64,000 bases of DNA, taken from assembly GCA_001642005.1 (NCBI GenBank), contig LWCA01000051.1, positions 1-64,000 on the forward strand. The letters run 5' to 3'. Below the pieces are notes generated by a model. That model made no database searches and was not told where the DNA came from. It saw nothing but the letters and a program-made list of their open reading frames with translations. Within the stretch, counting starts at the first letter, position 1, and each line of letters begins with the position of its first letter. Positions 52,121-63,346 of the stretch are shown one piece after another. Origin of the DNA: Intoshia linei. Its lineage: Eukaryota; Animalia; Orthonectida. The translations under genes and the position numbers were made by a program.

Positions 52121-53611
52121 TTATGATTTATTAAATGTTGACATTGTTCCAAAATACTTTTTCTGGGCATCAGTTTCTTTAGATTCAATGGCATTTGGGT
52201 TGATAATTTCGAGTCCTTGTAAGGGAGTAAAGGCAACGCTGGATTGAGTTCCACCTGTATTTCTGCGAATACTCGTTGCCACTCCAGCCTGTTTAATGAC
52301 AGACATTTTCCCACTTTTATAGAGTTGGTTTTGCAGGGTTTTAGACATTCTGGCTTTAGTTTTCGAATCAACCATGGCTGTTCTAATTTTTCCAGATCCA
52401 GATTTCCCCAAATGACCCAGTGAAGGACCAAGAATTTCATGGTAAGCATCCTGTTCAATTTCACCAAACGTCATGCGGTTTGCAGCCTTTCTCACATCGG
52501 TTATTCCTAACCGTTCTTTCATTCGACGGTAACGTTTTCCACCCCGTTTTTTATGAGCATAATCAATTGGTGCGGGTAGAGACTTTATTCTTTTTACGGC
52601 GGCAGGTTCTAAAAACTTTTCCATCTTCATTTCAATTTGCGACCTCAGTTGTCTTCCCAATTCACCGTCTAAAGAAGACTGCTTCATGTCAATTCGAGCC
52701 GCCAGAGTAGCTTTGGCTGCAACTGTCCTAGCAATTTTTTGACGAATATCTGTGGGGGCATTTTCAACAATATCACAGGACCAAATGTATCCACGATTAG
52801 ATGTTTTCGTTATGGTAGAAAACCCACTTAAAATTTTTCGTTTAGCTCCAAGTAATTGCATACAATTCGCGGGTATTTTACAAAGGGCTTTTAAACCACC
52901 AGCACAGCCTAATAATTTAGCGGCAATAGACGGGGAAACAACGACAGCTAAATTTGGAGCTATAAACTCCATTCTTGATTCAATGTAGTCCAAAATATTG
53001 GTTTTTTCGGCGTATAAATTTATAATTGTTTCAGACAACCGTTTGCAATGTTCAAGTTCTTCTTGGTCTAATTTAACTCCTTGACTCGACGAAGCACTTA
53101 CACTTACTACCATAACTGTCGCATGGTTCATGTAATCAAGCATTTGTTGGTCACTTTTCCCTCTTTCAATATCATTGCCAAGTCGGCCCACAGTTCTGCA
53201 ATAATCTATTGGATTTGAGACCAGCGATTCCAATTCAGGAAACCTTTTACTATAAACGAGTCTCAGTTGTCTGTCAAACCTAGAAATGTCGTTATCAATC
53301 ATGGCCACAATTTCATTTGCATCGACCATTAATTTGTAGTGCTTGTCAAAGTCTAGTGTTGCTGAATCAACCTCAATGTACTTGTTTATTCGATCGGTTA
53401 AATTTGTCAATTTTTCATCATCCATCAAATTTTCAAAGTTAAAACTAGACAGCGAAATGTGCTGGTTTTTGTTTAGTTCAAATAATGGTATAACATTTTC
53501 TTCCGGTTCATTATTTTTATTGTCGTTTCCTTTTAAATGTTCGACTTCCAGGTTTTTATCTTCATATGCAATTTCGTCAAAATCTGCTAATAATTCATCT
53601 ACTAGCGACAT
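52121..53611 (-). CDS. PRPF31: U4/U6 snRNP protein Prp31, intronless
   Basis: MSLVDELLADF, YSKRFPELESLV, YIESRMEFIAPNL, KKRGGKRYRRMKER, ANRMTFGEI, GTQSSVAFTPLQGLEIINP. Uninterrupted 496-aa ORF. Confidence 0.97.
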   Translation of the reverse strand: MSLVDELLADFDEIAYEDKNLEVEHLKGNDNKNNEPEENVIPLFELNKNQHISLSSFNFENLMDDEKLTNLTDRINKYIEVDSATLDFDKHYKLMVDANEIVAMIDNDISRFDRQLRLVYSKRFPELESLVSNPIDYCRTVGRLGNDIERGKSDQQMLDYMNHATVMVVSVSASSSQGVKLDQEELEHCKRLSETIINLYAEKTNILDYIESRMEFIAPNLAVVVSPSIAAKLLGCAGGLKALCKIPANCMQLLGAKRKILSGFSTITKTSNRGYIWSCDIVENAPTDIRQKIARTVAAKATLAARIDMKQSSLDGELGRQLRSQIEMKMEKFLEPAAVKRIKSLPAPIDYAHKKRGGKRYRRMKERLGITDVRKAANRMTFGEIEQDAYHEILGPSLGHLGKSGSGKIRTAMVDSKTKARMSKTLQNQLYKSGKMSVIKQAGVATSIRRNTGGTQSSVAFTPLQGLEIINPNAIESKETDAQKKYFGTMSTFNKS

Positions 53612-53712
53612 GACTTAAAAATTTTACCAAACAATAACAAATTAACAATCAAATTGAAAATATTTCAATAGTGACGGTTGCTCGGCTATTAAAATTAAAA
53701 TGAAATTAATTT

Positions 53713-56700
53713 ATGTTTTATACCAGAAGTAGGCTTACAAACTTAATTTTTCATAAAGTGTCTCTTTTTTCGAAATTATGTTACTTTGTAAAATTTTCTT
53801 CTAAACCACACTTCATTCCTAAACAGCAACATATATTTAAACAAACAGACATTTACATCATGTATAAGGAAAATTTAGGAGACAAGTCTTTTAAGATAAA
53901 AAATGTTGCTCAACTAATTAGTTTCAAATCTATGATAACAAACGAACTTTTGGAAATTAAACAAATTTTTCATGATAATAATTTCCAATTGAAAGTGGCT
54001 GGAGGAGCAGTTCGGGATTTATTGGTTTCAAATTCTACTCCCCACGATTTAGATTTCGCTACTACTGCTACGCCTGCTGAAATGGTTGAAATGTTTAATA
54101 AATTGAATATACGAATGTTTAATTTCAATGGAGAGAAACATGGCACTGTTACCATTAGATATAAAGAAAAGGTAGAATAGCCGATAATTGAATTTGATTA
54201 ATTTTACAGAATTACGAAATTACAACACTAAGAATTGATCGACTTACCGATGGACGCCATGCAAAAGTTGAATTTATTACAGATTGGTATTATGACGCCC
54301 TTCGTCGCGATTTAACTGTTAATTCATTGTTCTTGGGTATATTTTTCAAATTTACAATAATACATACATCTTACAAGATTTTGACGGGAATATTCATGAT
54401 TATTTCAATGGAATTCAAGATATTGAAGATAAAAACATTCAATTTGTCGGAAACCCCAATAGTCGTATTCAGGAAGATTATCTCAGAATTTTTCGTTACT
54501 TCAGGTAAAAATGTATACAGACAACCAGATTCTTAAAATCTAACAAGTAAGTTAGATTTTAAGAGTTATCATAATTTAAAAATTTTTTAATTAATTTTTT
54601 TACTATTTAAAATGTCTGATTGGTAAAAACATATTACTAACCTCTTAAAGTATAATTTAAGCATTTTATTGATTGTGTTAATTATGTAGTTTGATATTTT
54701 CCATATTGTGGCAATCATATCATTTTTGTCTTGATTTATCTTTAATTTTTTAAAAGTTCATAGATGAGTAGATAGTTTAAAATTTTATTAATTTTCCCTA
54801 AATTACAATTACACGTTTCAATTCGTTTAATCCAGAAAGAATCCTTACGCACCGAGACTCCTCTTCGGGTCTCGAGTATGACAGGCTGGGATCGGGTTAA
54901 ATTGTTTCGTTATTAATAAAATTTAGTCACATTTTCTTATAATAATATTATACCTTATGCACTTTGATTGTATTATTAACTTTTTTATATAAAATGAAAA
55001 TACATTACAAATATGTTAATAACTTAAAAATGAAATTGATCAAACTTCCTATTTTTATTGAACGGAGTGTATCTGCTGGAATGTATTTATTAGCATTTTG
55101 TCATACTTTTTGATTACGTGCTTATTGTGTCCCATTTAAAGTTGTTAAAATATTAATGTATTGTCAAAATTATTATCAAATAAATTAATCGATATATTTA
55201 AGTGGTGTTACATTTTAAAATGGCATACTAAGAATTTTTTATTATTATAGCTAATACTTACGTTTCGTGTCCAATTTAGTGAAATTAAAAATTATGATCA
55301 TATCTCAAATGGTTGACCTACAACGTCATTAACTTAATTATTTGATCCCATTTTTGTTTAAATAGTATTGTCCAAAACACTTAACATTTCACTAAAATTA
55401 ATGAGAAATTTAAGTTTTAAAAATTTTGTATCGAATTTGTCTCATAGTTGGTGGTACTTGTCTAGTAATAAGCATAAGTTTTAAGTTGGAACTTCCAACC
55501 CCTCATGATACTTTTCAGAAAATCATTTTAAAAACCTAGAAAATTATGACTAGTATAAATTAAGCAAATTTTCAGTGATTAAAATAACTTTTAGATTTTT
55601 TTATCGACTTTGTGATGGTGAGAATCATAACAAAGAAAGTATTGAAGCTATAAATGACAATCGATCTGGAATTGAACGTAAGTATTTTATTTTATTTGTT
55701 GATATACAACGAGGTTGTATATCAACGTTTTTTCATAATTCGTCAAAATGGGTGACGCGATATATTTTGAAATTTATTTTAGTTTTTTATTGCAGATCAT
55801 ACATTCCAAAAATTACATTAAATGTTCAAAGTAACAATTGTCAACTCTTTCAAATATTTGATTTTTTTTCTAGAGTCGATTTATTAAAATTTAGAATTGC
55901 ATTTCGCGATTTTTTTAATGTATAGCCGTCATTTTAAGATTTCCCAATTTGATATATGAATTTTTGAGATTTGTCCTGCCACTACTGTTTATTAATAATC
56001 ATTATTAAATATTAAACTATGTATTTAGGAGTGTCCGGTGAACGAATTTATCGTGAAATTAAATTAATTCTTTCTGGTAAAAGATGGACAGATTGTCTAA
56101 TAAAAATGCACGAATGCGAACTTTTTAAATATATTGGTAAATTTATTATAATTTACATAAGGCTTCTCAAAATGGGCGATATCGCTATCAAGGGGCCGAT
56201 TTTAAAAATTATAAAAACTTTTTTTCTAAACTATGTAATTTACTTTTAAACTTTGAAGAAACTTCTTATTCTACTTTTTCATCATCATACCCGGTTGAAC
56301 GTGGATTCAGTGTTGTAATGAATTTATTGACCAAAAATAGGAATAGATTACAAATATTCGACCGTGAAGATTTCCGATTGATGTTGACTGACATAAAAAA
56401 TTAGTAGATCAATATTACATTTATTTTTCATATTTATTATTGGGGAGTAATTAATTTGTCAGTATTTCTTTAAAATAACTAAATTATTTAATTATAGTAT
56501 TACTGATATTTTTTAATAAAAAATTTTCTGTATTTTCAACATAAAATTGTTCTACGTTTGGTAACAAAATTAGAAGCAGTAGAGAAATTTCTTTTATTTT
56601 GTGTTGACGTAGGTTGAACGGTCATAAGGGCTTTCTTTAATTTTAACAATCTTGATAATAACGTTCCAGTTCGTAACAACTCATAATATATTTTAAAATA

Positions 56701-57597
56701 ATGTTGGAAAAAGAGGATAATTCCCTTAAGTGTTAGTAATTTGTAGTATTAATAAGAGGTTTTTAAAAAAAATATTGGAAAAAGGATATTTTTCCATTAA
56801 GGGTTGGAAAATTAGATTTTTTATTTGTGGTTTGATGAAGTATATTAAAAACTTTGTAAATATATCATAATCAGTTGAATCAAAAAAATTAATTAATAAA
56901 TAATTATTGAGTAAATTTTTAAATACATATTATACAACGTAGTCTAAAATGTTTTCAAGGGGACGTTGAAAACATATATTGCTAAAAAGGGGGCGGTATA
57001 CCAAATGAGTTTGGTACCTCTGATTTACATTGTTAATAAATTTAATTCCATTTTGAGGTTTACCAAATGTAAATTTAAGCCATTTCAAAAAAGTATCGAA
57101 AACTTTGCCATCGAATAAAATCATGGAAATTACGAAATTGGTCTGTTTATTTGATTCTATAGATCAGGTTTTTAATTTTTAATCCCACTTTAATTGTTTA
57201 GGTTGAAATATTTAGAAATAGGTGTAAAATATCAAATTTTGAATACAAATTGCTATGCTTCATTATCGAATCAAAACTGACATTTTTTCAAGTTCCAGAA
57301 GAAACACAAATCAAAATTGCCAAAAATTACCTTGTTGATGATTCTAATGAAACCTCCCGCAAAATGATACAACAAACCTTGCTTTTTTATGGCAATACAC
57401 AAATTCACATTATCGATGAATGGAAAATACCAAAATTTCCTGTAACTGGAACAATGTTGCTCAACAAAAATGTAAAAAAAGGACCATTTGTAAAAAGTGC
57501 ATTAGATGAACTGAAAAAAATATGGAAAGATGAAAATTTTCTGTCCACATCCGATAAATTACTGCAACAATTGAACCCACAGTATATAATTAAATAA
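53713..57597 (+). CDS. TRNT1: CCA-adding tRNA nucleotidyltransferase, multi-exon
   Basis: [10 protein letters not shown]...[73 protein letters not shown]. Confidence 0.95.
56265..56405 (+). mobile_element. hAT (Charlie/Buster-type) transposase C-terminal relic
   Basis: [40 protein letters not shown] resembles the recalled FPSSYLVERGFS...KKRNRL motif. Confidence 0.75.
56553..56841 (-). mobile_element. Partial inverted copy of the 19296-20055 hAT element, in a TRNT1 intron
   Basis: Reverse complement of about 19530-19810, e.g. TTGTGTTGACGTAGGTTGAACGGTCATAAGGGC. Confidence 0.8.
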
Positions 57598-57840
57598 ATT
57601 TGTTAATATCAAAATGTTGGTCTAATTTTAGTTTGTTTACTATTAGGTAATAGTGCAGTTCTTCTTAAGCTTTTTTAGATATCGTTTTATTAATTTTCTA
57701 TTAAAACGAATAACTATTATAATTAAAAAACTATTAGCCTAAAATGTAGGCCCTAAATTAACAATCAGGCAGATTAATACCAAATTTTAATAAAATTTGC
57801 AAAAAATGTACATATATTGACATATAGACAATTTATAAAT

Positions 57841-60800
57841 CTAATCTTGTTTCGTTTGGTGTATTTTCATATGAAGGGAAATTAAATTTGCCTCTTCGCA
57901 GCTGTAATCACATATAGTACAAGAATTTGATTTTTTTGCATTGTGGCACGAAATATGTTTAATGAAACCATAATTATTGAAACATAAATAAGGACATTTG
58001 CTACAAGTGTACATTTTAGAGTCAACAAGTGAATGTTTCTGCCGTTGAACGGTAGCATCGATTAAATTTTCTAGGGTATTATTTTTCATAGTATACAAGT
58101 AGTGCTTCTTTGCAAAATTATTCAAATGATCAATATTATCATTGATTAATTTCATTCTAACGTTAAATTCTTTATTGGGTGGATAAGGATAAACTTTCTT
58201 TTTAAAATTTATAATTTCATTTATTTTTTTATTTTCATTTTCTTGTCCGTTTAAAATAGACAAATCTGTTGAATCCATTCCATCATTCAATACGCTTGAA
58301 TCTTGAATACGTTTATTTTTGTAGTTACTAGAATGCACCGCAAAGTGTTGCACAAGATGTCGTTTTCTAGAAACCCAGTAATCGCACAACGTGCATTTAA
58401 CAAAATTTTCGCGTTTAACGTGAAATTGTAAGTGTTTGTAAAATGTATCCTTCATCTTCGTGTCATATGGACACTTTGTGCAATAATATATTTGTTTTGG
58501 GTGTTTATTAAATACACGAAAATTATCCTTTTGGGTTGTAGAATGTACATTTAAATGTAATAACAACTCGACTGAATCGTCTACAAAATATGGACAAAGG
58601 TGGCACCTGTAACGAGATAAAAATCTGATATGACTATTACAATGAATTTCCATTGCATTTTTATCAAAACCACGATAACCACACATGGTACAAGTGTAAA
58701 AATTGTTAAATTTTTTTAAATACCCGAGATGAGAATTTTGATGTTTTAAATTTGTAAATGATTTGGTTTTGGAATTGACTAAAACATTAGCAACATTCAA
58801 AGAATTAAAATTAATCATTTTAACGTTTAAATTATCTATAAAATTTTTTTCGGCAAATTTCCTATATATCCCGCTTTCACGAACACTTGAATGTACATTT
58901 TCTAAATGCAAATAAATTTTCCATTTTTTCCATTCACCAAAACTACACAATTTGCATTCGTAACGATACTTTTTATGCATAACGTATAAATGATTGTCTG
59001 CGAAATTATACAAATTTTGGTTGCAAATAAGACATTCATAACTTTGGTACCTTTTTACTGGAGAATCATTTTCAAAATTCGTAATAAACAAGTGCGCCAA
59101 ATATCCCTTTAATAAAACAGTCGGGGAATAAGTGACATATTCTTCAATAGATTCAAATTTAAATTCTGAATTTGCGTGACATTTAAGAAAGTGCGTGTCC
59201 ATTTTTTTAGAATAATAACATTTGAAAGGACAATAACTACACAAATACCTATTGCATTCCACGATTGTTGATTTTACACATTTTTTATTTGTACATAAAT
59301 GTTCCACAATTTGAATCAATAAATTAGATGCGTAGTTGCATTTAAAACACTGGTATGGCTGAGGACAGAGATTGTTTTTAGTTTTATCCAAAATACAATC
59401 ATCTGACAAGTTGTGTTGTTGGATGTGGCAGTTTAAGGCTTCTTTGTGAGTTTTATCGTTATTCATAGGGAGAATTGAATAGGCCAGTCTGCCGTTTTTT
59501 GAAAAAACATAACATTCTTGAAAATTAAATTCTGATTTCTTAGTCTAAAAAAAGCATAAATTATAATAATATTTAATAATATACTAATTGCATATTTTGG
59601 ATTTTTTCAGATATCTTATCATAATCATGCATAAATATTTCAGAGTGTTTTTTGTGTAAATGGTACTTTATATTCGCCTAAAATAAATCATTAAATTTCA
59701 AATTGAAAGATCTCATGAAGGTGGGAAACCAGAAAAACCAAGGGCGGTCTTCTAAGCAATTAGCAACCTTATTGAAAATGAAAAAAATGAAATTAGTTTT
59801 TTATCAGCATGGATGAACTTCAAATCAAAATTTAACCGACAAGACCGGTATATGTGTAACAGGAAGTTTTTTTAATCCGCCTACTGAATACATTAATATT
59901 TATTAAATTTTTATATAAAAACCTTTCCATATAAGAAATGTGTACAAAAACTACACTTGAACGTCATACATGCTTGATTTTCATTGATATGTTGAACAAG
60001 GGAATCTTTATTCTTGTGAAAGAATAAACAAGATTGACATTTAAACATGTACTTGTAATTAATTTGATTATATTTTTCCATTTTTACATTTGAAGCTTGT
60101 CGTAATTTGTCACATATAGATCGTTTAAAAGAAATGACGCCTTTGTATTTATTGGGAAAATTACACTTTCGACGATTTTTTAATTTCTGGAAAGTAGTTT
60201 TCGAAACTTGCAAACTTGATATTTTTCCATAGTTGTCATAAAAATTATTTTGTGCCTTATCTTGACTTAAATCCAACGAGTTTAATTGACAATCAAGAAT
60301 ATCAGTAATAGAGAATTTGGTGGGCTCTTTAATTTTTAATTTAATTGCAGTAAAATTATTTTTAAAAGTATCAGACGTAGAAACGATTGTTTCGGATTTA
60401 ATAGATTTGGAATGTATTTGTTTAATACTTTGCGAGTCACAAATTTGAAATGTATGAACGTTTGTATTTGATTGTTTGCGCAAGTTTGAAATTTTTTTAT
60501 TTAATTCAGTCAAAGATAAATTTGAGGTTTCAAATGAATCAATAAGTTTTGTTTCCGTATCATTCATGGCTCGACATAATATATTTTCTTGGTTAATATT
60601 AGTTTCCAGTTTTATAAATTTATGTGGAATAATTTCAGAGAAATCGTGTTGCAATTGACTATTTACATTATTCATATTTTGCAATTTTATAGATTCACCA
60701 CTATTGAAATGTTCATATAATGGTAAACCTTTCAAACTTTGATCATCATAAATACATTGGCTGTGGCGTTTACTGGCTATGGTATCTATGGTCTTAATGG

Positions 60801-60852
60801 GTGCTGAATATTTCATTTGTGTCATTTTATGCTTCAAATAAATGCAGTTCAA
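57841..60852 (-). CDS. Multi-C2H2 zinc-finger protein, at least 3 exons; 5' end uncertain
   Basis: More than 10 CxxC...H motifs (e.g. YRCHLCPY...LLLHLNVH, YYCTKCPY...YKHLQFH). Splicing completes FKCSFCTHFLYGK|ANIKYHLHKKH and joins in frame to the 541-aa ORF. Confidence 0.82.
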
Positions 60853-61407
60853 TCCTTAAAATTGTTAGATTATCGCTCAATTGTCCAAAAAATATGTAGC
60901 ACTGGTAATTTGATTTGTCTGGAATTGAAAATTACAGGTCCACAGACAATAAGATCATGGTGATCGTGCTTAATGCCAATTTTTATAAGTTGAAATTTAA
61001 ATTATGTGCACTGAAACATGTAATTGTTGTATTGTTCTGAATTATTTTTCAATACATGCCACATATTTCGGTAAAATTAACAGTGACATGGATTACTTTT
61101 TTTAAATGATCAAATTAATACAACTTAATACTAATATTTTTATGATTTGACTCTAAAATGCACTTTGATTTAGTTTAGATTTCAATTTTGAACAGTGGTT
61201 CCCAAATTTTTTACTGTTGCAACGCGGTCAAAAATTTAGGTAAATATTTGGCGACACACCCAATATGTAAATTTTTTTTGACAATTCAAATCGATTTGCC
61301 CGAAAAATTTGACTGGGTTTTTCTGGAATAGTCTCCAAAAAAATGTGACATAATGTTAAAACATTATTAAAATGACTACAAAATTTTTGATATAATTATT
61401 TTTAATA

Positions 61408-61716
61408 CAGTGGTTGTCGATTTAAAGCACACTTGTTTGTTTTTGGTAGATTTAAAAAGAAAAAAATATTAATTTCAACATTAAATACTAAATGGATACA
61501 TTTCTTATATTGCGGGTACTCTATTTCCTATTTAAATGTGAATTCTCATATTTTAATAATTTTGAAAAATTAAAAATAAAGCACATATTTATTTTAAACC
61601 ACAGCATTTATTGCGAGTTCTATTTTTCATATACATTATCTTTAGAAAATCTCGAAAACATTAAATTTAAAGTACGCTATTTTTCAGAAAGCCGTGGTTT
61701 AAATCGACAACCACTG
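61408..61716. mobile_element. Tc1/mariner-pogo type MITE
   Basis: 23-bp TIR CAGTGGTTGTCGATTTAAA(G/C)CAC (22 of 23 match), flanked by TA on both sides. A related end lies near 43460-43480. Confidence 0.88.
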
Positions 61717-62959
61717 TATATATAATATTTTTGATTTGTTTGAAATTGTTTATTGTGAAAACCTAAAAAAATGATCCGCTATTAGATCATCAGTAATCAT
61801 TTTATAATAAAAGTTAATACTATACAGTAAAATAAAAAATTTGTAATAATTAAGGGTTATTGAATATAATTTGTCAATAAGTTTGAAGAATATTCAATAA
61901 AGATATATGGGTGGAAATCTAATAAATTGAATAAATTCCTTCAAATTTTTTTTCATTTCAAATACAAATTTCAAAATCACTTTGTATATAATTTTAGTCT
62001 AAAACTACAACAAAGTATAAATTTGTTATTATCATTTTTATTACAATGTTGGTAAAATTTAACCGAAATGTTTTTAAAGTGCTAATTCCGTTAATTATTG
62101 ATACCAAATTGTTATTTTTTACTCACCAACAGCAGATACTAAATATACACCATCATATTGAAAAAGACAATATCGGTATTTACTATTTTTCTGAGATTGA
62201 AGCTATTTATGACAATTTTGAGGATTGTACTGTTTGTACTTTATTGTTAAGATTATACACACATTTTGTTTAATAAATTAAAAAATAGGATCATAAAATT
62301 GTTATTAAAATTCTTTACGAAAATGTTAACAAAATAAAATTAAGGTGGAATAATTTACTTTTAATTAAAAGGTAATGTGATATGAAGTGTCCACCGTTGA
62401 GAAAAGTGTGTGAACCCTTGGTTTGCACTTTATCAATGTATTTTTCATGGTTATGAGATTATTAATTTCGTCTTTTACCTGGTTTGATAAATATTACATA
62501 TTCATGTATATAGTGAAAAGGGGTTTTATTGTATTTACAATATACATTATAATATTCTAAATTATAAATCTTTGTATGATAAATTGAAATGATTAAGCGT
62601 TTTCTTCAGTTTTTCGTAATTATGAGTTTTTGGTATTAATAATTCATTGTCTATTTTATTTTTGGGTGAAATTGTAGTTGAAATTGATTTTCTCTGTTTT
62701 TTTGGTTCAGGTTCTTGAAATTCATTATTTAAAACTTCGATTTGTAACTCTTTTTCTGGTGAGATCTTGATAATTTCTTGTGCTTCTTTTCTGATATTTT
62801 TCTTATCCATATCCGAATCGGCTAAATAAGATAATTAAAAAAAATAAACAAATAAATTTAATACTGTAAAAAAGTTGAGAATTAATATTAAATTATTAAT
62901 AATGTGAGGCTCAGTCACCAAACAAAATATTGAACTATAATTTTAATTTAAGAAATTTC

Positions 62960-63240
62960 AAAATTATATAAAGCTTCTCCGTCTTGCATATCCAAAATTT
63001 TGAGTAATAAGGATAATTGATATACGTAAATGATAGTTTTATTCAGATGACAGTGAAGATTATGAAGATGGCTCTGTTGCATTTGACACCTTTAACGAGT
63101 TTGTTGTTGCGAGAACATTAGAGTCTCTCTCGAAAGTTATTCATAACGTTAGGAAGATTGTAAAATAGTTCAAAAAGAGTTCAGTCAAAAATTATATGTT
63201 ACAGAAGTATGTATAGAGGGATCATAGATTAAATACAGGT
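62960..63240 (+). mobile_element. hAT transposase relic (internal fragment)
   Basis: The frame from 63046 reads DDSEDYEDG...SKVIHNVRKIVK*FKKSSVKNYMLQKYV*. This matches the recalled hAT block KVRKxVKxFxxSPxKNxxLQKYV after an acidic stretch. Two in-frame stops. Confidence 0.7.
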
Positions 63241-63346
63241 GTACCATTTAGAACGATGCACTTGTTAAAACATTTCATATTATGAGTGCACTGACGAAAT
63301 AAAGAACAAATCAACTGTATAAAAACAAGTTTGTTGTTAAACAAAG

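Noticed and set aside
45866-54155. Many short ORFs opposite or overlapping ASCC3, PRPF31 and TRNT1 (likewise those opposite PP2C and the zinc-finger gene)
   Set aside because: Expected antisense or alternate-frame shadows of long coding exons. None has a recognisable motif.
62562-62810. 82-aa minus ORF as a gene
   Set aside because: No motif and no upstream exons could be linked. It lies among TE debris, so it is mentioned only as part of that patch.
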